DNA of 64,000 nucleotides, from positions 2,108,001 to 2,172,000 of the forward strand of contig JAYWIR010000015.1 of NCBI GenBank assembly GCA_036172245.1, given 5' to 3'. The translations under genes and the position numbers were made by a program. This DNA comes from Raillietiella orientalis. Lineage: Eukaryota. The notes under the pieces were generated by a model that saw nothing but the letters and a program-made list of their open reading frames with translations, was not told where the DNA came from and did no database searches. Every line of letters starts with the position of its first letter. Positions within the stretch are counted from its first letter, which is position 1. This document shows positions 36,156 to 51,600 of the stretch, in pieces.

Positions 36156-39100
36156 ACTAATTGCATAAGAAACTGACCTATAATTCATAAATTTGCTCCT
36201 ATGGAGCACACTTTACTGTCACGTGGGTGTTCTTTCTGATAGACAGCTTAACAGAACTCAAATTCCCTGTAACCATTTTGAAGGTATCCAGCAAAGTGAT
36301 TTCACCGTTATTTCTTTATAAGGTTTTACCAAAGTCACCTCGTTTGATCCACTATAATTGTGCTCCGTTCAAAATGCAATGTAAGATTCGAAAATCGTCT
36401 TTGATGCAGAGTGCTAGAACCTGCATCTGCATATTTGTTTTGAACGTTACAGTGACTCAGTGATTACCCTTCGTTTTGTGCAACTTCTTTCAATCACCTC
36501 CTTTTGTATCGCATCTTTCTCTGACAATGTCGTGAATGATGCACTCGTTGCTAAACATCTCTTTTTCTTGTAAAAATCCAAAGCACAAACATCAGGCCTT
36601 GTTAGAACGTATTAACTGTATCCTTTGCAATTATAGAAATCTGATCGCTTTGTTAAGGATATAAGCAGTTTCCAGTAAATTACATGTTTTATAGCATGCT
36701 CTAAATGATTATTTATCCATAAAATGTTCCGTTTCCCAATTAATTGACGTTTAATTGTTTTTTAAATCTAGGTTTTGATTAATGACTTGTCCAGAGATAT
36801 CAGAGATAAAATATGAGCAAATATTTCGAGGCAGGCAATATAAGGAGAGCATGTACGAAATTTCTCAAGTTTGGCATTCTCAAATCTAGTCAGATGCTTT
36901 TCGGATTTTGTTGCTCTTTGTCCTTGTTTGCCAGTGGTTTCCTATTGATTCAAAGTAATTTCATTTACTTTTATTCAAAGTTCAAACCTGGTTGAATGTT
37001 CAAACCTGTCATCCTTATATTTTTGAAACTTGCTTATTTTATTATTTCCTGAAAACGTTTTCGAAAAGAGTACCTTTAAAAAATTTGTGTCCTGTTCGTT
37101 CCATGCCATTCTGTTTTTTGTTATTCGAATCTTTGTAAAGAGAGGAGTTTTCCACGGTTTAATCAACCGCTTATGAAAAAAATTCTCATTTTGTGTAGAA
37201 AAATTCCGATTCAAAACCATTTGGGCTCATTCTATGGGAATTGTTCACTGGAACACGAGGTTTAAAAATTACGTGTGATATGTCCTAATCTTTATTGCAG
37301 GTATCTGAGAAATCGAAGAGACGTACATCGGTACGTCTTTAGGAAAAAGAAACTGACCTATAAAATGTAATTTTTTTAAATTCGGGTATTTCATTGAAAA
37401 AAGAAAGTATCTTGAGATCTGGGGATATGCATTGCTCAGCACTGTACAATTCTAGGATGGTCAAAGCAGTATCTTTGAGAAAGAAAGTACGGTCTCCAAA
37501 ACTTAGTATCATTCATCGGTTCCATCTGCTGCTTCTGGTCAGGCAGTTAAATACAATGATGGCATCAATAGCAGAGATGTTCAGACAGGATCTAATACCA
37601 ACTTTTCTATCTACCAATCTATTTCTAATCTACCAATTCTACTAATAAATCAACTGGAAAAGACTTTGCTTCAGAAAATGTATGTGGTCTTGTGATTGTG
37701 TAAATTTCGTAGGATTCTTTTAACCTGGAATAATCAACTTTTAGATGCACTCATTAATTTCAAATTACTGTATTTCAGGGATGCATGCAAAACAAAATAG
37801 AATTTTTCTTTATTTGTATAATGATACATTTGCACTAAATGTAGCACACTTCCACCGTATCATTATTCGGAAATTATGCTTATATCCACATGTTTCTCCT
37901 TGTTGTTGTTTTGGAAATTCTAACAAAAGTGTTTGCTGAAGTAGCTGTAAGTTACTGATGGCTAGTACATTTTTCTGTCCTCTCCCCGGTCACTCGTAAT
38001 TCGGAGCAAACTTGATTTTCCGTGATCATATAGTTTTAGGAAGATTCATTTTATTATTATTTACGTGGAATATAATCAGAAAAATGAGGATCCTTAACCA
38101 GCAGAAATTTCTAGAAGCACAGCTCTAGCCTCTGATTCAGTCCCTCCAGATGTTTCGAAGAGGCTTGACAGTCGTCAGCAAACCCGAATTTTGTGTTTGC
38201 TTGGCACCCCACGCGATAGGCGGCGGGTAGCGCCGCTTTCGAGTCCGATGGTGGTGGAGATGCGTGTGTCTGCGTGAAACCAAATGAATTTGAGGCATAT
38301 CGTTTTGTTCGATGTCTATTTCTCTTCGCGTTCACAAAAAGCTTGTCACTGTTGAATTATTGAGCATTAAGTATTCATTATTTTTTGGAATGTGATGGAC
38401 TTTTCCATTAATGCCATGTGCATTCGTGCCTAGTATTTTTGAAGCACCTTTCTTGCATGAAGGTTTATCTATCCATAACATCGGAAGACTTTTCTCCTCT
38501 CTCTTCTTACTGCCCAACTGAATACAAAGCTTTCTAGCGTTATTGAATCTCTTTATCTTTTCTTCTTTACCGGCTAAATTGAAAATATTGATTTGCATCT
38601 AACTTGAATAAATAGATTGGCTGCTTAGCACAAAAACTGTACACAAACTGCGGCTCCTATTCTAGCTGTCGGGTTCCGTTTGCTTTGTATGTTCACATGT
38701 CCAATTCACTTTCAAGATAATGAAGCAAGATTTTTCATGCAAGTTCCTTTCCTACTTTTTTCGAGTACAGTGACATGCAATTTGTATGCATACATGTTTT
38801 TAGACTTAAAAAAAAAACTTATGGTAATTTACAGCTTTTGATCATTATTAGGAATAAAATTCAGAATTTTATTCATCATATTCATATTTAATTTCTAATG
38901 TTTACAATTTGATGGCAGAACTGCCTACAATTTAGCACCCAATTTAAGATGTTTCTTTCCTACCTGTACATTTTAAAATTTGGTGAACTAGAATGTTAAC
39001 TGAGTTAACAGACTAAATCTTTAAATTAAGGGCTGCTACAGATGCAACATTGCACCCTGGTTTAACCTATCAAGGATAGGTTGAACCAAAGTTCCACTGT

Positions 39101-39692
39101 GGATCAATGGAATCTTACTATTGTAGCATGCAGAAATCTAGGAGATTGATATAACTGAGATTGTTCATTGCATTTGGTATCAAATACCCAGATTAAGATT
39201 AATTGTTGTATTCACTTCACTAGATAATGAAATGGAAAAGGTCACAGGAACATAATAAATACTTTTGAATTAAACAATAAGTATATCTCTTGAATAGTTT
39301 TTATTGTGAACAATGAGCAAATTCATTCAAACAAAACTTTCACGAACAATTCTGTAAAATTCTAATTAAGGATTTCAAAAGAAATGCAGCAAGAATCAAA
39401 TTGCACTAGATGCAAGTGACTGCTATCCACAGCCTCTTTAGGTTGACACAAAAGCACATGTTTAAAATTAATATAATGTGGAAGAGAAGTTTGAATAACA
39501 GAATGGTGAAACTGGACACCAAATAAAACTGTACTAAGTTAGGGGAAAATATAACCAAATCAACAAATTTCAACTGGAAGCAAAAAAACACTCATCAAGA
39601 GGAACAAATGAATGTGCACTTTTGGTGCAGCACAATATATGCTTTTAAAATGCCACTGCAGCCTCCAACAATTTTATGGAGTCTATAAAACT

Positions 39693-42600
39693 TTAGTGTT
39701 TAAGATAAACTGCTGTGTTTAACCGAATCCAACATTCAATTTTTTCCAAACTAGGTATGTTCAAGTGCATGAGGAATTGCTTTCTGCTGGCATTAGTGAA
39801 CACTGGAATTGGCACAGTCTTTTCATGGAGTTCAGTGTGTTTATCATGCCAGCATAGACAACAAGACTCGAGAGGTTGATTTTTAGGGCTTGTTCTAGTA
39901 CTTCTAATCAGATAACTGTTTTTGGTGGCTGCTCCTTCCAAAATTAAACCTGTTATCTTTATAAAAATGGTACTTAATTCCACTGGCTGATCATTATGCC
40001 AGGTCTGCAGCATCAGAGAATCAACAGGGATCTCCAATCGCCTGAAAAGCTTAAATGCATTGCAGAAGAAATATTGAAATTTACTTTGCAGTGTAATGTC
40101 TGAAAGCCTGTAGAAAAGCACCAGCATCAAATGGTACAGCCAAATTAATATCCTGTTGAAACAGCAATCCTTGTTGCATCAATGCTTGCCACTGATGCAA
40201 CTGAATAGTTTTTTTTGCTATAGTTTGTATATATTCCAAAATATTGGTAGGTCCTTCCCAAATATCATGCCATGTGGAAGGTATCTGAAAACACTGCATC
40301 GAAAGGATTAGTTTGAAATTCTTACTTGTTGTTCTATAAGCATTCTATATGTACTGGAAATATCTTGTAGCTGAATGACTTGATTCTGCAACATTGTGAT
40401 TAATCCAAACAAATTTTCATCAATAGCTTGAATAAGAAGCTTGGACTTGCAGAGCTCTGATGTAATGAAAGAAGTAATTGGATCCAAATACAAATCTGAT
40501 TCCGTATACGAAAACAGTAGGGGCTTTGTTTCCTTTTCAAGTAAAAGTTAGAGGAACTATGATTGCTAAATTTACCACTTTAATTTTCTCCCAAAAACTA
40601 AAGAGAGGAGACAGTTTTGTCAATATCAGTGTTTGATTTTTCAGATCTCCAATTAAACTGATATTCAATTTTTGAAGTTTAGTTACAAAAGTATTACTCT
40701 GTGGGTGAATATTTTCTGGTAAGTGAAGCATTTCTGGTGAATCCATCTCAGGTAAAGCTCGCACAAAATCCAGATATTTGCTAAGCTCATTAGATGAAGG
40801 TAAAGCATGGCCTTGAATTGAAAAGTCATTTTCTATGCAGAATATTTTTTTCACATAAGCTGACAACAAATATTTTAAGGTTTTTCTGTCAAAATGTGTT
40901 TCCATTTTCGATCCATATACAAAATCCAACAAAAGACCTTGTAAATATTCAACTCTTTGCTTTCTTTTAGAGAAAACGAGTTCCAAGCAAGCAACTGCGA
41001 TTCGTAGATCAGATGCCCCAAGCTCATACAATCGTGTCCAACCCCAAGGTACATAACGTAAACGTCCTTTGAGGATGGCATGTAGCAAGGACAAAACAAA
41101 TACACTTTGTGCACTGGCTTTGTGTTTTGATGTATTTTTTGTTAAAGATAGAAGTGTGGTGCACAAATTATCCTTGATGCTTTCAGCATGCTAGTTACAC
41201 AATGCCTATTGAAATGCACAAAACAAGTTGCCTTACCTGAATAACGATTTTATATGAATTTTGTACCAAAACATGATCCAGTCGCTCTGTGAATTCAGTG
41301 CTCAACCATAGGCGAAACTTCTTGTGTAATTCCAATGTGTACAGCTCTTTCATCAAATGTGGAAGCCATCCTGGGCTTAAATGCAAATTTTTAAGTAACA
41401 GCCACTTTCCAGTCTCAGCACAGTGATACAGAGCATTGAGAGCAGTATCAGTTTGCCCTTGTCCAAGTGCTACATCTACCAAATTTTCGGGTCCAATTAA
41501 CTTGCGAGACAATTCTCGAATTTCTTGAGAAAAATCCACATTTTGAGGTAAAATCAACAGAATAGGTTCCTGAGGTACAAACTCATCAGAAAGTAATTCC
41601 AGATTCAATATCGGTAGTTCTTCTTTAATGCCTAGAATTTCTCAAAGTTGACAGTCTTTGGACAAAGTTTTTCATTATTACCTAAAACTGAAAATGTGAA
41701 GTTTCCAACTGCATGGGATAACCTGTCAGGATTCAGAATTTGAATAATCAGAACTTTTTGAAACAAGGAAATTTTCGTCAAAATTTTCTTAGGGATATGA
41801 TTTTCTGCATATACTGAAGAAGCGAATTCCTTCCACAACAAAGCATCATTCAATTCCATTTTCTGATAGAGATCCAGATGAGCATTCTACAACGGCAGAT
41901 TCAGACAATTTTCACTACTGGAATATTCATTAAAAAAAACTACCTTGAGAGCAATCACTGCATATTTTCGTTTGGAAGATACCCATGAAGGGCATACATA
42001 TCCGTCATCATCTTTGTCTTGAACATTGTTCAGCATTTCTATGAAGAAATCCCATTCCTGTTTAAAAAATTGTATTTAAATTTCTCGAGAATTCGATAAC
42101 TTTGAGCTCTTGGCCAAGCTCATTCACCTTGGCACAAATTAGATCTGGTCGCATCTCATACGTGAGAAACATGGCGAACATCAAACGATCACATTCTTGC
42201 ATTGCCTGACATACATATCTGTAAGTCGTTGAAATCAATTCCTGTTTTAGACTTTTTACATATACATCAACATCATTTTGATTCTGTAACCAAAGTAGTG
42301 GATTAGAATGAATCATTAGAATATAGAAATTAAGCACATCAGTTCATTGTAAAATAACAGACTGCTTTCAAACCTAAAATGATTTTCACACCTTTGCTGA
42401 TGTTCCTTTTATAGTACGCCGAAAAAGACGCTTGAAAGCTTCTAAGGAAAAGCTATACAGAGGATGTATTGTAGACAACTTCAATATAGCAAAGTAAAGT
42501 ATGCTTCCTGACTCTGCAACAATATGATAAATTTCTCGTTGCTTTGTGATACTATCTTGCAGAACAATGGACTCTTTCAGAGACTGTTCAATGGTTTCAC

Positions 42601-45600
42601 TATTTTTCTTTGCATCTTGCAACACAGAAATCAGTTCCTGTAGAAAAATGTTAGTGGTAGTCAGTAAGAAATTTACTCTCACTTGGTTTTCCAATAAGGA
42701 GATGGGGCTATTAACTAATTTGTCCAAAATTAAGTCTTCCAATTGAATTAATTTAAGTTTGAGATCTTCTCCAGTTTTTGAAAGAGTGAGGTACTTTTCC
42801 TCTAATTCAGGTTTTTCAACTTCGAGAACAAGTGATAGTAACTAAATAATAAGTGATGATACAAAATACGATAAAAAAATGGGAAAACTGGATGAAACTT
42901 GCTATGCATATTTGAAGTGAAATTCAAAATAATGGCAGACATTTCTGCTTACTCCAATCCTGTATCTAATTCGCAAAAACTAACAGAGAATTCTAGGTTC
43001 AGCAAATGCAAATATCTCCAATACCAGGATTGAATTCAAATTAAAGAAAAATTATTACATTCCAAATGCTGAACTTGGAAATGTGCTGATAAATTGAAGG
43101 TATTCAAGCATGCAACTGTGAAAATTAATGCAACCATGACAATACATTAAAACATTAATCATGTATACCACACTAGTGAAGAGAACCTTAAGCTTACCTG
43201 ATTCTTTAATCCTTCAACTGAAATATTGAAATTAACAAAAGTCAAGAATGAATCGATTTCGAAAGAGATCTGTAAATTGGGATTGCGTGTTGCCAGAATT
43301 AATGCGAAATTGGGATTGTAGTCAATCACTTTGTCTCCCAAAACAAGCTTTTGCATACGTCCATTGTGGATCAGCTCCCACCTAAACAAACTTCCCCAAA
43401 ACGGGTGGAGAGCTTCAGCATCATCGAGCATAATAATTTTTCCGGTCCTAACAGCTACTTCTAATTTCAAACCAATGTTTTTGTCCGTACAGCTCAAGAC
43501 TTCTATATTTTTGGAAGCATAGTGAGCTCTGATCCATGATATGGCTTGTCCGGATGGATCGATCATCAGAGGAAAAAACATAATCTATGGGCACAAATGA
43601 GACAGTATAACAGTATAGTTACTAATCCAACAATTTGAAACCACCACAAACTTATACTCACCTTTGATGGTAAATCAATAAGCTGAAAGCAATGGATGCA
43701 TTAAACATGATTGCAATTTAGGGACATACTTGCAGAATAACTGCCATATTTTCAATGAAACGAGTATCGGAAGGTAATCTTTCCATTTTCAAAGAAAGCT
43801 GTTCACTCTCTGTTTGCAGAAATCTTCTTAAATCAAAGACTTTCAAATTTAATATATCCATCCATTTATGCATCACATCCATTCTAGTGCTTTCTGTTTC
43901 ATTGCATAAAAAAGAAATGAAAGCAGCAGCTAAAACAGTCTCAGCTGCTGCTTTCTCCATTTTCTCATCTATTAGGATAATTTCTTCTTTCCATCGTTGA
44001 TATTCAAGTTGAAGTTGTATTAAGAGATTTTCTGCACGTACAATTCGATCACGCACTTGACGTAGTTTGAATTTTATTTCAGTTACTTCATCATTCTGTT
44101 TGGACTGCTTTGATTTTAATTCAAGTAATAATTTGTCCACACTTTCCAGTCCAACATTCAAATGCTGCATTTTCATTTGGGCTTCATGTAAATTTCTGGA
44201 TTTAACATGAAACTTCAATATACAATACAACATTTGTTATTACCCTAAAAGTTCATTTTGTTCTTGTTCCAAAGGGCGAACTTTTTGCAAAACTTTGCTA
44301 AATTTTACATTAGCTTGAACCCATGCTGCTAAGGGCGCAGCAGCAACAGAGGCACGTTTAGCATTAATAGGATCAAACGAATTCGCTCTCAATTTCAGCA
44401 AGGTCTCCACACTTTGCAAACTCTGTGGTTTTATATGACGAGGATCGAAATTTCTGAAAATCCAAAACTAAAACTTAAAGATCCAGGATTCGAGTCTTGG
44501 GAATACTTGATTTCTTCTTTTACTCCTCTTTTGGCTAAAAAATTTTTCATGCTATTCCAAGAAGTATCATAAGTTCCCATGAGTCTAAGAACTCCTTCTA
44601 ATATATCTCGGATAGTGTCAGGTGGTGCACGCAAAGATCTAATTTCTGATAAACTCTCAGATTTAATGCTTTCAACAGCTTCACGGGCTTCTTGGATTTC
44701 TGGCTCTATCAATGCCAATTCATTATCCACTTTTTGTTTTCTAAACATTTGCAATGTATCAAGAAAACATTGATTGCTGATTACCTTTTCTTCAACAAAA
44801 TTTCTTTTTCTTTAGCATCTTCTGCCAAGTCATTCATTTCGTCCTTGTGAATGCTGGCACCTTTTAAAGTATCTGCAATCTCCTTAAATGTAACTTCAGT
44901 TTCTTCCTTTTTCTTTTTTAACGTTCTTTCATCTTCATTTGCTTCTAATTTAAGTTTCGTAACCAAATCTTGAGCTTCCGTTAATTTTATTATGCCGCTC
45001 TGGTTTTAATGTAGTATCTGAGCTACAAGTACCGACAATTACTTGCATAAAGCTACGACGACTTCTCAGTTTCCTAATGTACTGATCAAACAATGTTCTA
45101 CACAACTTTAAAAAATTCACAAAACGCCGCGGCGTGGAAATCTGAAAGCTTGTATCCAATGTTAACAAGAACTCTTTTATAGAATCCGAGAGCATTAAAG
45201 GTTCTTCATCTATAATGGTAGTATCCACATGACACGTTCTGAAAAACATAATTAAATAAAGAAATTAAAGAATCACTCTACCTTTTTAACAGCCGTGAAA
45301 CAATCGTCGATCGTGAACTTTCGTTCCAAGAATTTATATGAATAATATCCATATATTTGTACAGGTTTACAAACCATCCTCGATTAGAGTAAGTATGCAA
45401 ATCTTGACTGTCGAACAACAAAACCAGGTGCAAATTTTTGCGCACTCCTATCACAAATCACAGCACTCCTTGATGACGGATTCATACTCACTTGAAATAA
45501 AGTAGGAATACATGTCACCTCGAAATCCGTCTTTCTGAGCTGACTGGCGAAGAGAAGTGAGTAGAGAATCCAGCTCATCGGAGGTATAAAGTCCTGGAGT

Positions 45601-48600
45601 TTCGCCAGAGCATATTAAACTATCGATTAAAGTTAAAAAACTTTCGTCAGATATTTGAAAATCCTCTATTACAAGAACTACAGTTTCTCCATTTGTAGAC
45701 ACCCGATGTATGATCTAAAATGTATATTTATTAAAATAGATAAATCGTGAATGCATTTAGGAATACCACTTAGTTAATCACAATAATCAAAATAATACAA
45801 ATGATATTTGCTTTTGACTTTCATGCTTTCATATGGTAAATGCATTTTTGTACAGCTCATCGAGAGATATTAGGTTTTTGTTTATACATTCCACAAAAAT
45901 ATCTCTTTGAAGAACTTTTTTTAATTCTTGAAATTCCAGCATTAGGAAAAAGATGGATCAAATTGAGCAGTCATGAAAGAATTTTCAAAATACCAACCAT
46001 TGTTTACCATTACCACAACCTGTAAATTCATCAGGTATAAAAACTGTGCAACACAAATCACAGCTAGTAACAGCATAGAAAGGGACAAACAAAAAACTTG
46101 TAAGCATAAGCAGAATTAAAGCAGATAGACTCGCTATTTACAAGAAAACAATAAGTTTAACAGCATGAACACTGAACGGTACGACATGAAAACAGAACAT
46201 TATCAAAATTTCTCCAGAAAAATAAATTCCATGAAATAAAAGAAACTAATAGAAGTATCACATATCACATGCCTAATCTGTGAGAAAAAAATGAAAATGA
46301 TTTTCACATCAACATCAAGCTTATTCAATGTTTTGAAATTTTGTTCCTAAATACATTACAAGATCATGGAAAACAATTAGATTCCCAGTCAAGACCCATT
46401 ACTTTACATACCTGAAATATCAAATAAATAATTCAGAAAATATCAAAGATTTTGCATTAGTAATATACAGTATTTCATTTACATTCAATTCACCTTTCAT
46501 CACTATGCACTTTTCGTTTTTCTAATGAGACAGTCACTATTAATAGAAACAAAAGAATTCAGTAAAACATTCAAAGTAAGCTTTTTTTTTTACTTTAAAG
46601 CTGATTTTGTGTTCCAAAATCAGCTTTAAAGTAACCAAATCTTGATCACATAATCAAACATGTAAGGACATGATTCACTTATGCCAGAGAGTAGAGTTAT
46701 AGAGTAGTTCAAACACTGATCATTTGCAGATTGCATTTTATTGGTTAACTTCGTATATCAAACAACTCACTGGATTACGGGCACAAGTTGGGGCAATACT
46801 GGGTTTAAATTTAATTTTAGAGAATTCATCTTAATATAAATTAACAAGAGAACAGTGGCATTCAATGTTTTCAAGGTAATGAGTAATTACCCTGGAAGCA
46901 CTACAGATGCTGATAATGAAAAGAAAATAAATGATGCAGGAAAATGGAAAAATAAACATAAAAAGTATACAAATCAAATTGTAACTTAATAATTGAAATG
47001 AACCAAATGCATTAAATGCATGACAGAACAAATTCCATAAAACTGAACTTGATATCTAGAATGAGCTAATTTAACTTCAGTTTGTCAAAAAGCACCTAAC
47101 TTGTGTTTCTCACTTTAACTAAATTTCTCACATTAAAGGCAATGGTAATGTGGAGAGAACAGAAATAATTAACAAAAATATGCAATTTGACTAAAATAGC
47201 TGCATGTGAAAAAACATGGCACAAATTGCACAAATGATGAAATAATTTGTAATTTGTTGTTTTGAAGCAATAAGGTTGTTAATTATCTCTCAGGTTTTAG
47301 TTGTTGGGAACAGGGTACAAATGCGGCATAAGAAAGAAATTTTCGTGTATGGAAAGAAAAAGCATTCATGCAAGTGGGAAATTGAAGCTTGAAATGTTCT
47401 CTACAGCTGTAAGTAAAAGTTAGAGAAATAATAACACAAAATAAACATAAATAAAAATTTAGATAAATACTTTGATAAAAGGAACAATAAAATACAATAG
47501 AGACACAGTGAGTTTGTAAAGCAATCATACTTTAAACCCATAGGATAAATATAAAATGCTGCTAAATTTGCTGACGCTGCAAACATTAATAAACTGTTAC
47601 TTCAATGTTGATACTTCAATATGATCTGTCAAAATGAACCAGAACGTGTAATACATGAACAATCAATTTCTATTACCAAAAAATAGCTTATACAAGAATT
47701 CAGAAAATAGCATACAGCAAGAAAAAGTTCTAATATGCACTTAGTTTCAGTGCCAATTTACTTGACATGCTATTAACATTAAAGAATAACCAGAATATCA
47801 CAATTAATCTTACATTTTTTAATTGCGTTTCCACATTTTTTCTGCTCAAGTTAAGATCGGTAACCAAGTTATGGAAAGCAAAATTATGAAGCACTGAAGC
47901 AATTCCAATTAGTGATTTCCTTCCTACTCCTGATGTTCCAATCATTAAAAGAGAGCTACCTGCATGACACAGAGTTCTGTCAACATGGCAAAAATACTCC
48001 ATTATCTCAGGAAAAATAATAAGATCCACAAAATAATGATCCTTTCCTAGTAGAATTGTATGATTCTTAAACAATTCAATCACAAAAAACGATGCATACC
48101 AAACTGGATAGCTCCCTTAAGTATATAGTTCTCCAAATTTTGCTTACTTATGCAATTAAAGTTACCATTATGATTGCTCACATAGTAGCAGTCTTGAACA
48201 GAACACCATGACTTGGAATCAAAGGCTTTTTTACCTGATAAAATTGAGGCCAAGGAATAATTAAAGTGGGTTTGCAAAATTTTGTCCAGAATGCATAAGA
48301 ACTTCGATTTGCTTTCGGTACTAGGAAGTGGATCTTTGAAAAGTCTGCAGCAGTCATAAGACCAGGCTACCAATATGCCATCCGGATAGGGTTTGTTCTC
48401 GGAAATTTGATACTGACAGAAACCAACTGCCCAGGACACTAGATTGCCAGGTGTGAATTTGAAAAAATATTCTCTGTGTTCTGCATTACACAGATTTTGA
48501 ACCTACAACAAAAACTGAGTTATATATCTTCATAAAAGAATGCCTACCTTTTCATAGAGTTCGACCATTGCAGAAGAAAAAGAAACAGATGCCTTTTCCA

Positions 48601-51600
48601 CCTCACAAGACATACTGAGGTGATATTTCACAAAAGCTTGGTTGGAAAGCAGGGCATGTTTACATATGCACAACAGGTCAGTAGAACTTATTTTTCTGAC
48701 AACGATATTAAAAATAAATAATCTAATTGCGTCATGCTTACTCTAAAGCATAAACACACAAAGATGAAGAAAAGCGTCTGCAAATGGGATAGCAGCCTAG
48801 TTCTGCATTTGGCACATATGTAAAAACAAATTGTACTCCTTGAACTTGCACCCATTCTAGATCATTATTATAAAAACCTGCATGATGAATTATCTGCAAA
48901 CTCAAACATATCACTTTTCCAAAGATATCACTTTTTACCTGCTGTAAAAAGTTAACCAGTTCACATGATCCCCATTTGTCAGGTTTGATATGATTTAAGT
49001 GGCTTACAACAATAATCACTCTTTCAGCAGTTTTTGGACGCAAAATCCAACCTTTAGAAGTGAAAACCATGGAACAAAGCTTTATATTAATCAGAAAACT
49101 TTACTAAATAAAAACAGAAGATAGAAACCTGCTGTAATTTCCATTGAAAATCTTTAGCCTGAGTTCCCACTCCACACTGAAAAATGACCATTTGCACAGA
49201 TCGAAGCTGATTAAATGAATATCTCAATATGGAACTGAAAATCACATAAATAATCTAATGATTACAGTAACTTGTTAAATGATTACATTTTCCCACAAGC
49301 TCGAGGTCCAACTAGGCAAAGATGAACCCATTTTTTTGATGTGAGCCAGCTGCGGATATATTTACAACATCTGTAACATTCATGTAAAAGACTGCTAGAA
49401 ACCAATCATGGTGCATACTTTTCCATAGCAGGTATACAAACAAATGGAATGGAGGAAGTACTTGAGAAGTTTTGGAAACTGATGCATGAATCTGATAATG
49501 TATCTTCATGTGAACTGTGAAAGCTACTATCAGGACACCAAGACTTTAACTAAAAGTGAATATCATGTTAAGAACATTAGTAGCATGCTGCATTACCTGA
49601 GCAGCTAAAGAATTACGTAATTCATTCTGAAGGTTACCACCGAGACCATGAATGATTTTAAATGAGAATTCTTGAGGTGAGCGCACATTTTCTAGGTGTG
49701 ATAAAGCTCCTAGGATCCAGCCAACTTTTGATACGTCTACTATAAACTGATTTTTTGTCCACACCCAATCCATAGCTTTAATTTGTTAAGTTGAGTTTGC
49801 AAAGTAAAGCTCACCTTTAGTAAATATGGAGCGAAATTTATTTTCCCAAAGAGTTTGAACATCTTCCTCCTGACGCTTTATCCATGATGCCAAAATACTG
49901 TCTATGTTGATGTCATCATCGCTAAATAATAAAAAATCAAAATCTAATTAGATTGTCTTAGTTATACTTAAAATATAATACTCCTAAACGACTTATTGTG
50001 GCAGGAGATGCCTTTGTAAGGTCAGAAGTTTCAAAAATAAAAGAAACATTTGAGCTAAATTGAAATCTCTCTCCAGTAGGAACCGTCATCGTATGATTGT
50101 CATCCAAAACTGAATTAAGGTTCTCAATCCATTCTGGATCAATGTCTCCATCGCAAATGATCCAGTAAAGAACATCTGCTAAATTAAAACAGTATTCTTG
50201 AAACAAAATTACCATCATCGCTATCCAAACTGCTTATTTCAGATATTATTTTACGAATAATGTGACCACGAAGAATTCCATCAACCCATTCATGTCCATC
50301 AAGGTTGAAATAGCCAAGAAGACACGAATGGCTCACAGCTTTAGGGTTCAATACAAAAATTTTTACTTGTTTTCCCAACCGAACCAATGTTCTTTGTAGT
50401 AATTTCCAAACAGTTGTTTTTCCTTGAACTTAGGTCAGTTACAAAAAAAAAATTTGTTTTACCTGAACTCGCTGGCCCAAGTAGAACAATACCCATTCTC
50501 TTTCCCAACTGGAGATGAAGCTCCAGTACCTTTTGTTTCTGAATACGCATGCGAAAAATGATCCTCTTTTTTAAAACAAAAAATTAATGACGATACACTC
50601 ACTTGATTTTCTTGATATGTTAAGCCTAACTCTTTCACTGCAGATTCTATTTCATTTTGAAGCATTTCAAATTCCATTTGTTCAAAGCTTATTCCTACAA
50701 AGACGTCTTGCAGCAGAGCTCTAAATTTGTATTTATCTGGAGAAGTCAATTTGGAAACAGTGCCTTGGTATAAAGCTTCCACCACAATTTCCATTTCGTT
50801 TATACTATCTCCATTCTGTTTATGAGAATGCAACATTTTTCCAGCAATTTGCAAAACTGCTTTCAATGCTCTTAATCCCCAATCATAATGGTATTGCACA
50901 CTGAGCAATTTTCTAAATAGAATAACTTGTATAAATTTGCATGAAATTAATTAACTTAGAATGAAATCTTAGGAAATATATTAATAATGGAGAAACTGAA
51001 TTCCTTGCCAGTCCCAGCAGTGTTCAAGAATCAACTCTGAACACTGTTTATGGAATATGAATACATGATTACCATGGAATTCCACAAATTGATAATTATC
51101 AAATGTTGATACCAAAAAACGAAATGATACAATATGCAAAACAAAAATAAAAACCCTTTCAAATAAAAAACAAATAATGGAAAGTTAAAAGTCTCAGATC
51201 ATACCATTAACTTGATATGGTGAAACATATTTGCAATCTGCTAACAGTTGAAACAATTGTATTCCTTATTACATTTAACTGGATATCTTAAAATATTTGT
51301 CTGGGATAAATTTAAATTTTCAATCTGTGAAAAATATTTTTACAAATGTTTTGTAGAATGAAATTTCATATGTTTTTGTGTTTAAGCAAGAAGGAAAACA
51401 AAAAAGATGATCAAGTTAAGGCTCATTAATGCAAAGACTTTCGTCTACAAGACTAATAAAAGAAATGGTAAACAATTCCATCATTCAATACAACCTATCA
51501 AGAGTTTTTTAGCAAGCTTTTTTCAAAGTATAAGGAGAATACTCTGAAAAAAACTTGTTTTACTTTAGCCAAATGTAGAAAAGTTTTCTGAATCACTACA

